Shown in pieces: positions 27,659 through 38,057 of a stretch of DNA of 64,000 nt. The notes under the pieces were generated by a model. That model saw only the letters and a list, made by a program, of their open reading frames with translations. It did not search any database and had not been told where the DNA came from. Every line of letters starts with the position of its first letter. The stretch's first letter is position 1. Made by a program: the position numbers and the translations under genes. Source of the DNA: Myxococcota bacterium (GTDB lineage: Bacteria > Myxococcota_A > UBA796 > GCA-2862545); the NCBI GenBank assembly GCA_039208735.1, contig JBCCQY010000005.1, positions 1-64,000 on the forward strand, given 5' to 3'.

Positions 27659-30600
27659 ATGGGATGGTGGGCAGGGTGGTTGTGCGCCATGAGCGTGGGA
27701 TGGGCACAAGCCGGGCCGCGGTTGATGCCGCAGCTCGGCCATGGCGATGGGATTGCCGCACTAGCGATTTCGCCGGATGGCAAACGGGTGCTCACGGGCG
27801 GGCGTGACGCAAGCGCCATCGTGTGGGATCCCCAATCGGGACTGCAACGGTTGAGGCTCGATGGGCACACTGCTGAGGTTCGCGCCGTGGCCTTCGCCCC
27901 GGATGGCCGCTGGGCGGTGACTGGAGGGCGTGACAAGGCGGTGTACGTCTGGGACGTCACGACCGGCGCACGCATCCGGGCGCTTGGGGGTCATCGCCGG
28001 GCGCTTCGCTTCGTAGGGTTCACCGCCGATGGTCAACGTTTGGTCACCGCGGATCGAGGCGGCCTCGTGCAGGTCTTTGACCCCCAGGAGTGGACGGTCG
28101 TTCGACGGGAGTCGGTGAATGGCACCGCGATGGCCCTTCATCCAGAGGCATCGGAACTGCTGATCGCGGGCCCTGCGGGCGTGGCGTTGTGGGACCTCGA
28201 GGCAGAACGAGGCCGACGCATCCTCGCCGAAGCCGACGCACCGGTGACGGCGGCCGCCTACCTTGGGGATGGCACCGGGGTGGTGTTGGGGCGAGCGGAC
28301 GGCTCGATCGAACGATGGACGCTTGAACCCTCCATCTCGCGGGCCTTTGTGACCTCCCACCGCGGAGGGGCCATTCGAGAAGTGGCCGTCGATCCGGCTG
28401 GGACCGTGGCCGCGGTGGCCGCAGATGGCTCGGTGGCCGTGGGGGAGGCGCCGCCATTCGCCATCCTCGACGCCCAAGCCACCCACGTCGCCTTCGCCGG
28501 ACCTCGACTCCTGACATCCGGAAGCGGTTCCGCGGCCCGCGTCTGGGACCTGGCGAACGGCACGTCCCTGTTGCGTCTCGAAGGTCATGAGGCGCCCATT
28601 TCGGCCATCGCCGGCACCTCCACAACGGGGATCACCGTTTCGGAAGATGGGACCGGCCAGATCTGGGACCTGGCCACCGGGCGAGCCCTTCATGGACTCA
28701 CCAGTCGCCGTGACACGCTGAACTGGGCTGCATTCTCGCCTCGAGGGGACGCGATGGTGATGGCCCATGGCGATGGCACGGCCGTCGTGTGGAGCCCGGT
28801 TTCAGGCGCCCCGCAGGCGGTACGGTTCGGGCCGCACGTGCGGGAGTCCCCTGACGTGGACGATGCCGATTGGGTGGCCGGGTTTGAGGAGGTGGTTTCG
28901 GCGCAGATCTCGCCCGACGGCACCCGGGTGGCGACCGGCGGCGGACGGAACGCGTCGATCTGGGAGGTGCGTTCGGGGACGCGACTCCACGAACTCCCCG
29001 CTCCGGACGGAACCGTAGTGCAGACCGTGGCGTTCTCGCCGGATGGATCGCGAATCGTCGTGGCGAGTGGCGACCTGCAGGTCTTTGATGCGAGGTCCGG
29101 ACGCGAACAATGGCGCAAGACCCTGCGGGGCCGCAAGGCGGTGACCTACGCGGATTGGTCGCGCGATGGTCGATTTTTGGTCGCCGCGGGCAAAGGTGGG
29201 GTGGCGACCGTGTACCGCGCCAACGGCAAGAGGGTCCGAACGCTGACGTTTGGCGAGCGTGGACTGATGGCGGCCCAGTTTTCGCCAGATGGCCGCCGCC
29301 TCGCATTGGCCTCGGGAGCAGGTGGCGTGGGGATCTTCGATCCATCAACCGGCGAGCGCACCGCGACGCTGGCCGTGGTGCGACGTCGGCCCACGACCTT
29401 TGTGAGCTTCTCGCCGGACGGCGCCACCCTAGTTGCCGCGAGCGAAGATGGCCGCGCGTACGCGTATGACGTAGCTACAGGCGCCCGGCAGTTTCGACTC
29501 AAGGGCCACGGGGATGGGCTGTGGTCTGTGCAGCACTCCCCGGACGGTCGGCACCTGCTAACGGCAAGCCGGGACGGAACGGCCATGATCTGGGATGCGC
29601 AGACAGGCCGCTCCCTCGCCACGCTGATCGACTTTACCGATGGGTCTTGGGCGGTCGTGGACCCAGAAGGGCGATTCGACGGCAGCGATGACGGTCGGGT
29701 CGAACACCTCGCCTGGGTGGGGGACCACGGTGGGCTCACCCTCGCCCAATTGCGTCAGCGCTACTACGAACCCGGTCTTTTAGGTCGAATCCTGGGCCAT
29801 CATGGAGGTGTGGCGCGTACCGTTCCCTCGCTTTCAGGCTTGGGGCCGCCGACCCAGGTTGAGGTTGAAGGGCCTACCGCCGAGGGGCGGATGACCTTGC
29901 AGCTTGTGGATCGCGGCCAGGGGCCCGGACGGTTGTTCGTGACCCTCAACGCGGTCGACGTGTCCGCCCGCGTGCGGGCGCAGTGTCCCGAACTGGGGAC
30001 CGAGCGCTGTAGGGTTGACCTGTCCGCGTTCCCCCAGTGGGCACCCGGTCGCGAGAATCGCATTGCTGCGGAGGTGCGCCATGCCGTGACGACCTCGCGA
30101 GGGATCGACCGGCTCGTGATGGCGACTGGCGAGTGGACTGGTGAAGAGCCGGACTTGTGGATTCTCGCCGTGGGCACGAGTGACTACCAAGGCGATGAAC
30201 TCGATTTGGACTATGCCGCGCGCGATGCGACAGCGTTTGCCGACGCGTTTTCGCTGGCCGGAGGCAAGGCGTTTGGTGAGTCCCGGGTACACACGCGGTT
30301 GCTTACGACCGAACCCGGCTCTCGGGTGACGCGTCGCGAATTGGTCGACGCGTTTGTGTGGTTGTCGCAGGCCAGCGTCGACGACACGGTGGTCATCTTC
30401 ATTGCGGGCCATGGGGTGGCGCATCCCGACGCCTCGGGCCGAGACGAATACTACTATGTGCTCCCCCACGCGAAACGCTTCCGTGATGTGGCGGATCCCC
30501 ACCTTCGCCCTTCGTTGACCTGGTCTGGGCGGGAGATGGCCGATGCCCTTACAGACGTCCCCGCGTTGCGTCGGGTCGTCATCCTCGACACCTGTGGGTC

Positions 30601-31300
30601 GGGCGCGGCAGGGTCGATCGCGAAGCTGCCACGGGCGCAGGTCGTGCGGGCGCACGCGAGAGCCCGTGAGCGGACCGGAGCGTGGTTGTTGGCCGGATCG
30701 GCCTCCGATCGGGTGAGCTACGAATCGCCGCTGTACGGCCAGGGCCTGCTCACCCATGCGCTGTTGAGAGGGTTGCAGGGGCCTGCATTGGAGCCAACCG
30801 GGCGCTTGTCGGTGGGAGGGCTCTTTCGGCATGCCGAGAACGACGTGCCGGCCCTTGCCCAGAGCTTGGATGTGGTGCAGTGGCCCGTGGTGCGGCGAGG
30901 GGGCAGCGACTTTGTGCTCGGGCTTCTCGGCGCCGCGGAACGCACCGCGGTTCCGGTGGCCCGCCGCAAGGCCGTGTTGGCGCGGCCGAGCTTGGTGGCG
31001 CGCGCGGGGCATGCCGACCGTGCCGGACTCACAAGCGCGCTCACCCGCGCGTTGACCGAAGCGAGTGCCGAGGTTTCGGCGCCGTTCGTGTTGTGGGACA
31101 CCGCACCCCGTTCTGACACCTGGCAAATCACGGGGCTCATCCAGCGCTCCAGAGCGGCCTGTGCACTGCGCGCGGAAGGATTCTTGTCGCGGACGGACTC
31201 GTCCGAACAGATTCGTTGGCGAGCGTGCGGTCAAGATGCCGATGATGTCGCAGACAAGATCGTGGCCGAGGTGTCGGCGGCGCTCATGACTGGGCGGTGA
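27659..31300 (+). CDS. Secreted WD40-repeat protein with C-terminal caspase (C14) domain
   Basis: Signal peptide; many GH...FSPDG...WD repeats; LWILAVG, FIAGHG, ILDTCGSG. Confidence 0.9.
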   Translation: MGWWAGWLCAMSVGWAQAGPRLMPQLGHGDGIAALAISPDGKRVLTGGRDASAIVWDPQSGLQRLRLDGHTAEVRAVAFAPDGRWAVTGGRDKAVYVWDVTTGARIRALGGHRRALRFVGFTADGQRLVTADRGGLVQVFDPQEWTVVRRESVNGTAMALHPEASELLIAGPAGVALWDLEAERGRRILAEADAPVTAAAYLGDGTGVVLGRADGSIERWTLEPSISRAFVTSHRGGAIREVAVDPAGTVAAVAADGSVAVGEAPPFAILDAQATHVAFAGPRLLTSGSGSAARVWDLANGTSLLRLEGHEAPISAIAGTSTTGITVSEDGTGQIWDLATGRALHGLTSRRDTLNWAAFSPRGDAMVMAHGDGTAVVWSPVSGAPQAVRFGPHVRESPDVDDADWVAGFEEVVSAQISPDGTRVATGGGRNASIWEVRSGTRLHELPAPDGTVVQTVAFSPDGSRIVVASGDLQVFDARSGREQWRKTLRGRKAVTYADWSRDGRFLVAAGKGGVATVYRANGKRVRTLTFGERGLMAAQFSPDGRRLALASGAGGVGIFDPSTGERTATLAVVRRRPTTFVSFSPDGATLVAASEDGRAYAYDVATGARQFRLKGHGDGLWSVQHSPDGRHLLTASRDGTAMIWDAQTGRSLATLIDFTDGSWAVVDPEGRFDGSDDGRVEHLAWVGDHGGLTLAQLRQRYYEPGLLGRILGHHGGVARTVPSLSGLGPPTQVEVEGPTAEGRMTLQLVDRGQGPGRLFVTLNAVDVSARVRAQCPELGTERCRVDLSAFPQWAPGRENRIAAEVRHAVTTSRGIDRLVMATGEWTGEEPDLWILAVGTSDYQGDELDLDYAARDATAFADAFSLAGGKAFGESRVHTRLLTTEPGSRVTRRELVDAFVWLSQASVDDTVVIFIAGHGVAHPDASGRDEYYYVLPHAKRFRDVADPHLRPSLTWSGREMADALTDVPALRRVVILDTCGSGAAGSIAKLPRAQVVRAHARARERTGAWLLAGSASDRVSYESPLYGQGLLTHALLRGLQGPALEPTGRLSVGGLFRHAENDVPALAQSLDVVQWPVVRRGGSDFVLGLLGAAERTAVPVARRKAVLARPSLVARAGHADRAGLTSALTRALTEASAEVSAPFVLWDTAPRSDTWQITGLIQRSRAACALRAEGFLSRTDSSEQIRWRACGQDADDVADKIVAEVSAALMTGR

Positions 31301-32063
31301 GCGGCCGCACGAAGTTCGGCAGCGGTCGCCAACCTGGGATGAGCCGGGGGACGCGCAGCATGTAGTCGCGGTACACATCGCCGTATTCCCGGACGAGAGC
31401 ACGCTCTTCGAAGTACAGGCCCACCTGGATGTACAGTGACATCAGCAAGGCGAAGACGAGATGACCGACCGTCATGATTGGCGTCACCCACACTCCGATG
31501 AGCACGCCGAGCTGGATGGGATGGCGCACAAAGCGGTAGAGAACGCGCTGCTGGAAGGGCACTTCAGGGGTGGGGAGGCCGCGCCAGGCTCGCCAGGGCT
31601 GAGCGAGCCCAAAGAGATCGAAGTGGTCGATCTCGAAGGACGCCGCCAGAAGCACCACCCAGCCCATGGCTTGGGCCACGCGCAAGCCGATCGCGGTCGG
31701 ACCTTCGATCTCCCAAAGCACGCCGTCCATGGGAATCCACAGGGCACAGACCGCAAACAGGGTGGCGCCCGAGGCAAGACAGTAGAAGGCGCGTTCGGTG
31801 TGGGGAGGGATGACTTGGGTCCACCACCGTTTGAACCGCGCCCGAGCCATCACCGAGTGCTGAATCCCCCACGCGATAACGAGGCCAACGTTCGCGAGAA
31901 GGGCGGTGAGCCAGGACCACCGCGGGCCAGTATTGACGTCGATAGGCGATCCCAGCCCGCTGACGAAGCCGATGAAGGTAACGAGGCCCACCAGCGTTAC
32001 CGCGTAGCAGAACCCTGCGAACAGCACGGCCCCGAGGGAGCCAGTCGATTCGGAACGAAGCAT
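31284..32063 (-). CDS. mddA: Methanethiol S-methyltransferase (ICMT/NnrU-like family)
   Basis: QHSVMAR..FK.WW...IP...ER..Y, IDHFDLFGL.Q, LYRFVRHPI, FEERAL...YG..Y; multi-TM. Confidence 0.7.
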   Translation of the reverse strand: MLRSESTGSLGAVLFAGFCYAVTLVGLVTFIGFVSGLGSPIDVNTGPRWSWLTALLANVGLVIAWGIQHSVMARARFKRWWTQVIPPHTERAFYCLASGATLFAVCALWIPMDGVLWEIEGPTAIGLRVAQAMGWVVLLAASFEIDHFDLFGLAQPWRAWRGLPTPEVPFQQRVLYRFVRHPIQLGVLIGVWVTPIMTVGHLVFALLMSLYIQVGLYFEERALVREYGDVYRDYMLRVPRLIPGWRPLPNFVRPLTAQS

Positions 32064-32221
32064 GACGATCTCCTTGATGGAGTCGATGTCGTTCGGCCTC
32101 GTGTGGCCGTTCGTGTGAGGGACCGTTGAAATGGCACGGATGGTTCGGCCGCAAGGTTGACCAACCGTGCGGTCGCGATTCCCTTCGTCTGTCGCTACGG
32201 CGATGATTCAGGGGGAATTCG

Positions 32222-33928
32222 ATGCGTACGTTCGATCACGAAGACGGCGGGCGAATCCTGTTTGGTCCGGGCACCGAAGCTCGCGCAGCCGAGGTCCTAA
32301 GAGAGATGGGCGCCAAACGGGTGCTGCTTGTCGCCCAGTCGCGGCATCGGGAGGGCGCACAGCGCATCGCGGCTCAGCTCGGTGCCCAGGCGGTGGGCAT
32401 CTTCGATCAGGCGCGCCAGCACGTGCCCACCGACCTCGTCGATCAAGCTCGTGCGATGGTGCGCGAGGCCGAAGCCGATTGGGTCGTGGCCCATGGAGGA
32501 GGGACGACGACGGGATTCGCCAAGGCCCTAGCCCTCACCGAACCCGTGAAGGTGGCGGCCATCCCCACCACCTACGCAGGGTCGGAACGAACCTCGATTT
32601 GGGGCCTCACGGGACCGAACGGTAAACAGACCGGCCGAGATCATCGAGTGAAGCCCGCATTGGTCATCTACGATGCCACCCTCACCCTGGCCCTCGACCC
32701 GAAGATCTCGTTGCAGAGCCTCTTCAACGCTCTGTCGCACTGCCTGGCTCTGCTCACCGCACCGCCCTCTTCTGCGCATGCGGAAGACGCCCAGGCGGCG
32801 GCGAGGCAGTTGCTTTCGGCCATGGACGCGGTGAGCGCGGACCCCACGGACCTTGAAGCTCGTAACGAGGCGCTCTATGGGGCATACCTCGCGGCGGTGA
32901 ACATCGAGCGGGCGCCCCTCGGGCTCCATCACAAGCTGGCTCATGTGTTGGGCGGCACTTTCGACGTGGTCCATGCCTCCGCGCACACCGCGGCACTGCC
33001 GTACTCCTATCACTACAACACGGTCGCCGTGCCGGGGCTCATCGACGCGCTTTCGCCCGTTCTCGGCGAGGACCCAGCGGCCGCGCTCTATGACCGTGCG
33101 CGGGCGTGGGCGTTGCCGCACAGCTTCAAGAGGCTGGGCCTCACCGTCGACGATCTGCCAATCATGGTCGACCGGTTGAGCGTTCGGCCGTACCCCAATC
33201 CGCGACCCACTCCACCGGAGGCGCTTGCCGAACTGGTTAGTGACGCGTACCACGCGCGCCGGCCGTCTCGGTTCAGTCGGCGGCGGGCGCTCCCAGGCCA
33301 CGGGCCCCACGCCACCTTGCGAGCCACGGAACGAGGAACCCCCCTGGACCAGGCGCAGCTCGTGTTGATCGGCTTGCATGGGCGAGGTGCGGCCGCAGAT
33401 CGCTTCACGCGGGATCTCGAGGCGCACCTGGGAACCGTCGATGGCCTTTGCATCCTTGCGCCTCAAGCGTTCGACAACCGGTGGTACGCAAAAGGCTTCA
33501 CGGTACCTCCTGCGGATAACCAACCCGATTTGGACAGTGCGTTGTCCATGGTCGATGCGGCATGGGAGGCCGCCACCGCGGTCGTCGCGCCATCGCACGT
33601 CCTGCTTGCGGGATTTTCGCAAGGCGCATGTTTGGCGTTGACTTGGGCCAAGCTTCGTGATGTCGCGCCAGGGGCGTTGCTCGCGTTTTCGGGGGCCGAG
33701 ATGGACGTCGCGGGGGATTACCGCAACCTTGCTTCGAGCCGAGTGGTTTTGTCCAAGAGCGAGGGCGACCGATGGATTCCGCAGGACTGGTTCGACCGCA
33801 CGCTGACGGCGCTTCGTCCGGTGGTCAGCGACCTGGAAGGTCGATTGGTGCTTGGTGATGGGCATACGGTCACCCCAGCTGACGGCCAAGATCTGGCCGC
33901 TGCGGTCACTCGCGCTCAAGAACGGTAA
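32222..33928 (+). CDS. Fusion of maleylacetate reductase-like Fe-ADH and phospholipase/carboxylesterase
   Basis: GGGTTTG, PTTYAGSE, NALSH, HHKLAH, YPNPRP; then LHGRG, GFSQG, GD.WIP, GHT, all in one uninterrupted frame. Confidence 0.85.
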   Translation: MRTFDHEDGGRILFGPGTEARAAEVLREMGAKRVLLVAQSRHREGAQRIAAQLGAQAVGIFDQARQHVPTDLVDQARAMVREAEADWVVAHGGGTTTGFAKALALTEPVKVAAIPTTYAGSERTSIWGLTGPNGKQTGRDHRVKPALVIYDATLTLALDPKISLQSLFNALSHCLALLTAPPSSAHAEDAQAAARQLLSAMDAVSADPTDLEARNEALYGAYLAAVNIERAPLGLHHKLAHVLGGTFDVVHASAHTAALPYSYHYNTVAVPGLIDALSPVLGEDPAAALYDRARAWALPHSFKRLGLTVDDLPIMVDRLSVRPYPNPRPTPPEALAELVSDAYHARRPSRFSRRRALPGHGPHATLRATERGTPLDQAQLVLIGLHGRGAAADRFTRDLEAHLGTVDGLCILAPQAFDNRWYAKGFTVPPADNQPDLDSALSMVDAAWEAATAVVAPSHVLLAGFSQGACLALTWAKLRDVAPGALLAFSGAEMDVAGDYRNLASSRVVLSKSEGDRWIPQDWFDRTLTALRPVVSDLEGRLVLGDGHTVTPADGQDLAAAVTRAQER

Positions 33929-34042
33929 GGAGGATGGGTGCGAGCGTTCGTGGCTCGTGCCCTTGCAGGTCGCTGCGCTTCGGACTTTCGTGGCTCGCGG
34001 TCTGGAGGGGAGTGCTATCTTTTGGGAGCTTGGGGGGGATAA

Positions 34043-34345
34043 ATGAGCGGGCTTATGGCCTTCGGTCTGGGCGTGGTGGTTTTGGCAGCCTTGGGCGCCG
34101 TTGCGGTGCTTGCCCGGCAAAAACGTCCCCCTGCGCCCGAGCCTGACGTGGTCGTGGCTTCGGCGGTTGCCGATAACGGTCCAGAGCCGCTCGGCGCCTC
34201 TCGTGTCCCAAATCTCCAAACGCTTGAGGAGCGGCATCGTTCGCCGAGCGGCCATTTGCGCATTTTGTTTGCCAAGGACGCGGCGAAGGTGACCGACCCC
34301 GGGTTGCGGGGTCGTCCCGAGGATGCGTCGGATGAGGACGCTTAA
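34043..34345 (+). CDS. Small hypothetical membrane-anchored protein
   Basis: N-terminal TM helix, G-rich RBS, fills the gap between flanking genes. Confidence 0.5.
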   Translation: MSGLMAFGLGVVVLAALGAVAVLARQKRPPAPEPDVVVASAVADNGPEPLGASRVPNLQTLEERHRSPSGHLRILFAKDAAKVTDPGLRGRPEDASDEDA

Positions 34346-36231
34346 GGCCGCGTCCGTAGGCGACGTCGAGCGATCAGCGCCAGCAAACCAAGCAGCGGCA
34401 GTCCAGATGCGGGCGTGACCGAGCCCGCGGCACAACCGCACTGCACCACCGTCGGCTCCTCCGGCAAGGGAGTGACCGCGTCCATGCCGTCGCAGTCCTG
34501 ATCGATGCCGTCATCGGCGATGTCGATGGCGTTAGGAGAAACCTCGGCCGTGGTGTCGTCGCAGTCTTCCGGCGAATCTACACCGTCGCCGTCCTGATCG
34601 AAGTCCGAGGCACCGTCGCAGTTCTGGTCGATGTCGTCGTAAAACACCTCGGGAGCGCCAGGGAAGATGGCATCGTCGGTGTCGTCGCAGTCCTCACCGT
34701 CAAACGCGTCGCTGTCGAAGCCATCGCCATCCTGATCGAAATCGGAGACACCGTCGCAGTTTTGGTCGATTCCGTCGTACCAAACTTCAGAGGCATTGGG
34801 TGCAATCTTGAGGTCTTCGTCATCGCAGTCGTCGCCGTCGAACGCGTCGCTGTCGAAGCCGTCGAGATCCTGATCGAAGTCGGAGGCGCCATCGCAGTCT
34901 TGGTCGATTCCGTCATACCAGATCTCGGTGGCGTTCGGGTTCTGGACATCGGACAGGTCGTTGCAGTCGGTACCGCCGAACATGTCGCTGTCGAAGGTAT
35001 CGAGGTCCTGATCGAAATCGGAGCCGCCACTGCAGTCCTGATCGATGCCGTCGTACCAGATCTCGGTGGCCCCCGGGAAGGCTTCGGCGACGAAGTCGTT
35101 GCAATCGGTGCCGCCAAACGCATCGCTATCGAAGCCATCGAGGTCTTGGTCGAAGTCTGAGGCGCCGTTGCAATCCTGGTCGACGCCGTCGTAGTACGTC
35201 TCGGCTTGACCGGGCGAGATATCCGCGGTTGTATCATTGCAATCGGTGCCGCCAAATGCGTCACTGTCGAAGCCATCCAGGTCCGCATCGAAGTCGGAGA
35301 AGCCGTCGCAATTGTCATCGAAGCCGTCGTAGGGAATGTCGATGGCGTCGGGCGAAATGTCGGCGTTGTCGTCGTCGCAGTCCTCGCCCCCGAACGCGTC
35401 GCTGTCGTACCCATCGAGGTCTTGATCGAAGTCCGAGTTTCCGTCACAGTTCGAGTCGATGCCGTCGTAAAAGACATCCTCGGCGCCAGGAAACACGGTG
35501 TCGTCGGAGTCATCGCAGTCGGTACCGGCGCACCCAATCGCGATGAACCCGTCGCTGTCATCGTCGTCGCACGAAACAGGGATGTAGAGGTTCTTGAGGA
35601 ATTCGTAGTTCCCGTTTGGGAGCGTGCACCCATCCACCGAAATGTTGACGTCACCACTGAGCACGATCTGGTCTTCGACGGCGATCAAGGCGGTGCCGTT
35701 CAGGTTGTTCACCAACGTTGTGCCCTGTCCCGGCAACACTTCAACGGCCCAGGCATACTCGATTTCCGTCACGTTCAACATCAAGGGGTCGGTCGGCTCG
35801 ACAATAGTGCCCGATTGACTGCACCCCGGACTGATGTCGCCCGTACCAAACGACATCGTGCTGCCAAGCTCGAGCAGCAGCCGATTGAACACGTCGTTGT
35901 GGCTTTGGAAGTTCCCCTCGTTGTCGCCTTGGATCAACAGGTAGCCGCCGCCCCGAAGGAACTCTTCGAGTGCATCGATTTGGTCGGTGGTGTAGTCGGC
36001 GGGTGTGGTTGTACTGCCGGTCAGAATGATCACGCGGTAGGGCGACAGATCATTGGGCCACACGGTCTGTTCCTGAACGCCCGTTGAGCCCACATCGATG
36101 AAGGCTTGAATGCTCTCGGGTTTCAGTTCCGTTGTGTTCTGGACGTAGTAGTGGAGAACGTCCTGGCCCTGGGCGGACGAAGCGAACAACGCGAGTAGAG
36201 CAGTCACCACACACCTCCAACCTCCAGCCAT
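34342..36231 (-). CDS. Cell-surface protein with 8 putative metal-binding (MopE-related) repeats and MYXO-CTERM tail
   Basis: Signal peptide; 8 x DC(D/N)D...P...DG(I/V/F)DxxC(D/N/S)G; C-terminal GCAA...LLGLLALIARRR. Confidence 0.85.
   Translation of the reverse strand: MAGGWRCVVTALLALFASSAQGQDVLHYYVQNTTELKPESIQAFIDVGSTGVQEQTVWPNDLSPYRVIILTGSTTTPADYTTDQIDALEEFLRGGGYLLIQGDNEGNFQSHNDVFNRLLLELGSTMSFGTGDISPGCSQSGTIVEPTDPLMLNVTEIEYAWAVEVLPGQGTTLVNNLNGTALIAVEDQIVLSGDVNISVDGCTLPNGNYEFLKNLYIPVSCDDDDSDGFIAIGCAGTDCDDSDDTVFPGAEDVFYDGIDSNCDGNSDFDQDLDGYDSDAFGGEDCDDDNADISPDAIDIPYDGFDDNCDGFSDFDADLDGFDSDAFGGTDCNDTTADISPGQAETYYDGVDQDCNGASDFDQDLDGFDSDAFGGTDCNDFVAEAFPGATEIWYDGIDQDCSGGSDFDQDLDTFDSDMFGGTDCNDLSDVQNPNATEIWYDGIDQDCDGASDFDQDLDGFDSDAFDGDDCDDEDLKIAPNASEVWYDGIDQNCDGVSDFDQDGDGFDSDAFDGEDCDDTDDAIFPGAPEVFYDDIDQNCDGASDFDQDGDGVDSPEDCDDTTAEVSPNAIDIADDGIDQDCDGMDAVTPLPEEPTVVQCGCAAGSVTPASGLPLLGLLALIARRRLRTRP
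34480..35560 (-). repeat. Degenerate coding tandem repeat, 8 units with ~138-nt period
   Basis: Recurrent plus-strand motifs such as GCTGTCGAAGCC, GATCGAAGTC and CGCAGTC encoding SDFDQDLDGFDSDAFGGTDC units. Confidence 0.8.
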
Positions 36232-36360
36232 TATGCGTGGGTAGGTTGACTGTCCGCCAAAATGTCAACGAAGTCTCCAGGCTTTGGTTGGGGCGGGATC
36301 GTGAAACGATCGGGGCCCCACCCGGTCGGGATGGCATCGTGAGCGGGCGAAGGAGGCGAG

Positions 36361-37086
36361 ATGATCGCGTGGGTCTTGATGGGGATGGGCATCGCGGCAG
36401 AGCCAGACACGGTCTTGGCGCAGTCTGCGGTCGCGCATGGGCTGACGCGGGACCGCAGAATGGACGTCTCATTTACCTTTCGAGGCACGCCGTACCGGCT
36501 CCATCTCGATGGATCGGACATTCGCTATGAGCGAACCGTGAAGGGACCCCAAGGGGAACGGGTGGATCGTCTGGTTGGGTCGGTGTTCAGCTCGCTCCAC
36601 AACGGTGCGCCGATGACGGTGGCACCTGAAAACGAGGGAGCGTGGCGGCGGTCGCTCAATTCCGTCGCCTACTTTGCCACCCTGCCCCGCCCGCTCTTTG
36701 ATGACGCGGTCATCGCGACGTTCCTCGGCCGCACGACGTTTGCGGGGGCCGAGTGGGACACCGTTGAGGTTCGCTTCCAAGAGGAAGGCGGGGGTGACGA
36801 CCATGACGACGTCTTCCGCTATTGGTTTCATCCTGAGACCCACGAGATGGGCTTTGTCGCCTACGTGTTTCATGTGGGGAAGGGCGGGGTTCGCATCCGG
36901 AAGGCCGCGCGACGCCACGAGGTGAACGGGGTGGTGTTGCTCGACTGGACGAACCTGGGCTGGGATGGAACCCACACCCTCGAATCCGCCATGGCGGCCT
37001 ACGAACGGGGTGGTTTGCCCACATTGTCGACGATTGCCCTCGAGAACATTGAAGTCACGCCACTGGATGCGTCCGCCAAAGACTGA
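36361..37086 (+). CDS. DUF6503-like secreted protein
   Basis: AHG...FTFRG, SLNSVAYF..LP..L.D, F.EEGGGDDHDD.F.YW, GG.RIRKA. Confidence 0.7.
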   Translation: MIAWVLMGMGIAAEPDTVLAQSAVAHGLTRDRRMDVSFTFRGTPYRLHLDGSDIRYERTVKGPQGERVDRLVGSVFSSLHNGAPMTVAPENEGAWRRSLNSVAYFATLPRPLFDDAVIATFLGRTTFAGAEWDTVEVRFQEEGGGDDHDDVFRYWFHPETHEMGFVAYVFHVGKGGVRIRKAARRHEVNGVVLLDWTNLGWDGTHTLESAMAAYERGGLPTLSTIALENIEVTPLDASAKD

Positions 37087-37136
37087 ATGCCGAGACCAAG
37101 GCCTGCGTCCAACGAATCCTCTCCTGGAGGTCGTCG

Positions 37137-37904
37137 ATGCATGCCTGGTTCATGTTGCTCACGCTCGCCGGGGCCGCGCCCCCATCCGTCGAAGATCAGT
37201 TCGTCTTCGTCCCCGGGGAGACCTTTCGCATGGGAGCACCCGAGGGATTTCCTATGCGCAACCGCACGGAGTTGCCGGTCCATGAGGTCACGGTGGGGGA
37301 TCTGTGGGTGTTGCGTACCGAGGTCACCCAGGCCCTGTGGACCTCTGTGATGGGGACAGCCCCAAGCTCCTCGATCCATCCAAGATTCCCGGTCGACCGG
37401 GTGTCGTGGCTCGATGCCGTGCACTTCGCCAACCGCCTCTCCGATCGTGAAGGCTTGACGCGCGCCTACGAGATTCGAGGGGGCGAGGTGCGCTGGAACC
37501 AGGATGCGACGGGGTACCGTCTCCTCACGGAAGCGGAGTGGGAGCACGCGGCTCGCGCGGGTGAGAATACGCGGTTTTCAGGCACGAACGACGAATCACA
37601 AGTGTGGATCGAGCCGAAGAGTGGGGGGCGGCTCCATGCCGTGTGCACACTGCCCCCCAATGCCTACGGTCTGTGCGACCTTTCCGGCAATGCCGCCGAG
37701 TGGGTTTGGGACCGCTACGCGGGCTATGGGGCCGCGTCGCAAGCGAACCCCAACGGCCCGGCGCGCGGTGACTATCGGGTCAATCGCGGAGGCGCATTCG
37801 ATGACACTGCTCGGTTCGCGCGGGTCACGTCGCGGGGACGTGCACTGCCATCCTTTCGTCAACCAGGGCTCGGATTCCGCATCGCGCGGTCTGCCCGGCC
37901 GTAG
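37137..37904 (+). CDS. FGE-sulfatase (SUMF1/EgtB/PvdO) domain protein
   Basis: FRMG, TEVTQ, VSWLDA, YRLLTEAEWEHAAR, PNAYGL.D.SGN..EW, RGG, GFR. Lacks the FGE catalytic cysteines. Confidence 0.9.
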   Translation: MHAWFMLLTLAGAAPPSVEDQFVFVPGETFRMGAPEGFPMRNRTELPVHEVTVGDLWVLRTEVTQALWTSVMGTAPSSSIHPRFPVDRVSWLDAVHFANRLSDREGLTRAYEIRGGEVRWNQDATGYRLLTEAEWEHAARAGENTRFSGTNDESQVWIEPKSGGRLHAVCTLPPNAYGLCDLSGNAAEWVWDRYAGYGAASQANPNGPARGDYRVNRGGAFDDTARFARVTSRGRALPSFRQPGLGFRIARSARP

Positions 37905-38057
37905 TGGAACGGACGATCGCGCGGGCTTCGGCCCAGGATGATGGAATCTTGCGGCGCCTTGCAGAACCGCGGTTGGGAATTCGGCACGTCGCGGACTCGC
38001 GCGTTACTCGCGCGGCCGACCGCTGCTGGTCGACGGAAATTCGAAGAGGCACATTCG

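Noticed and set aside
33947..33998. Direct repeat TTCGTGGCTCG twice in an intergenic region
   Set aside because: Only two 11-nt GC-rich copies with no supporting context.
34480..35560. Regularly spaced repeats that could suggest a CRISPR array
   Set aside because: The units are degenerate, in frame and encode protein repeats; there are no identical repeats with unique spacers and no cas genes.
37137..37904. FGE-domain gene as the maturase for the sulfatase at 2929-4317
   Set aside because: It lacks the catalytic Cys motif of true formylglycine-generating enzymes and lies 33 kb away.
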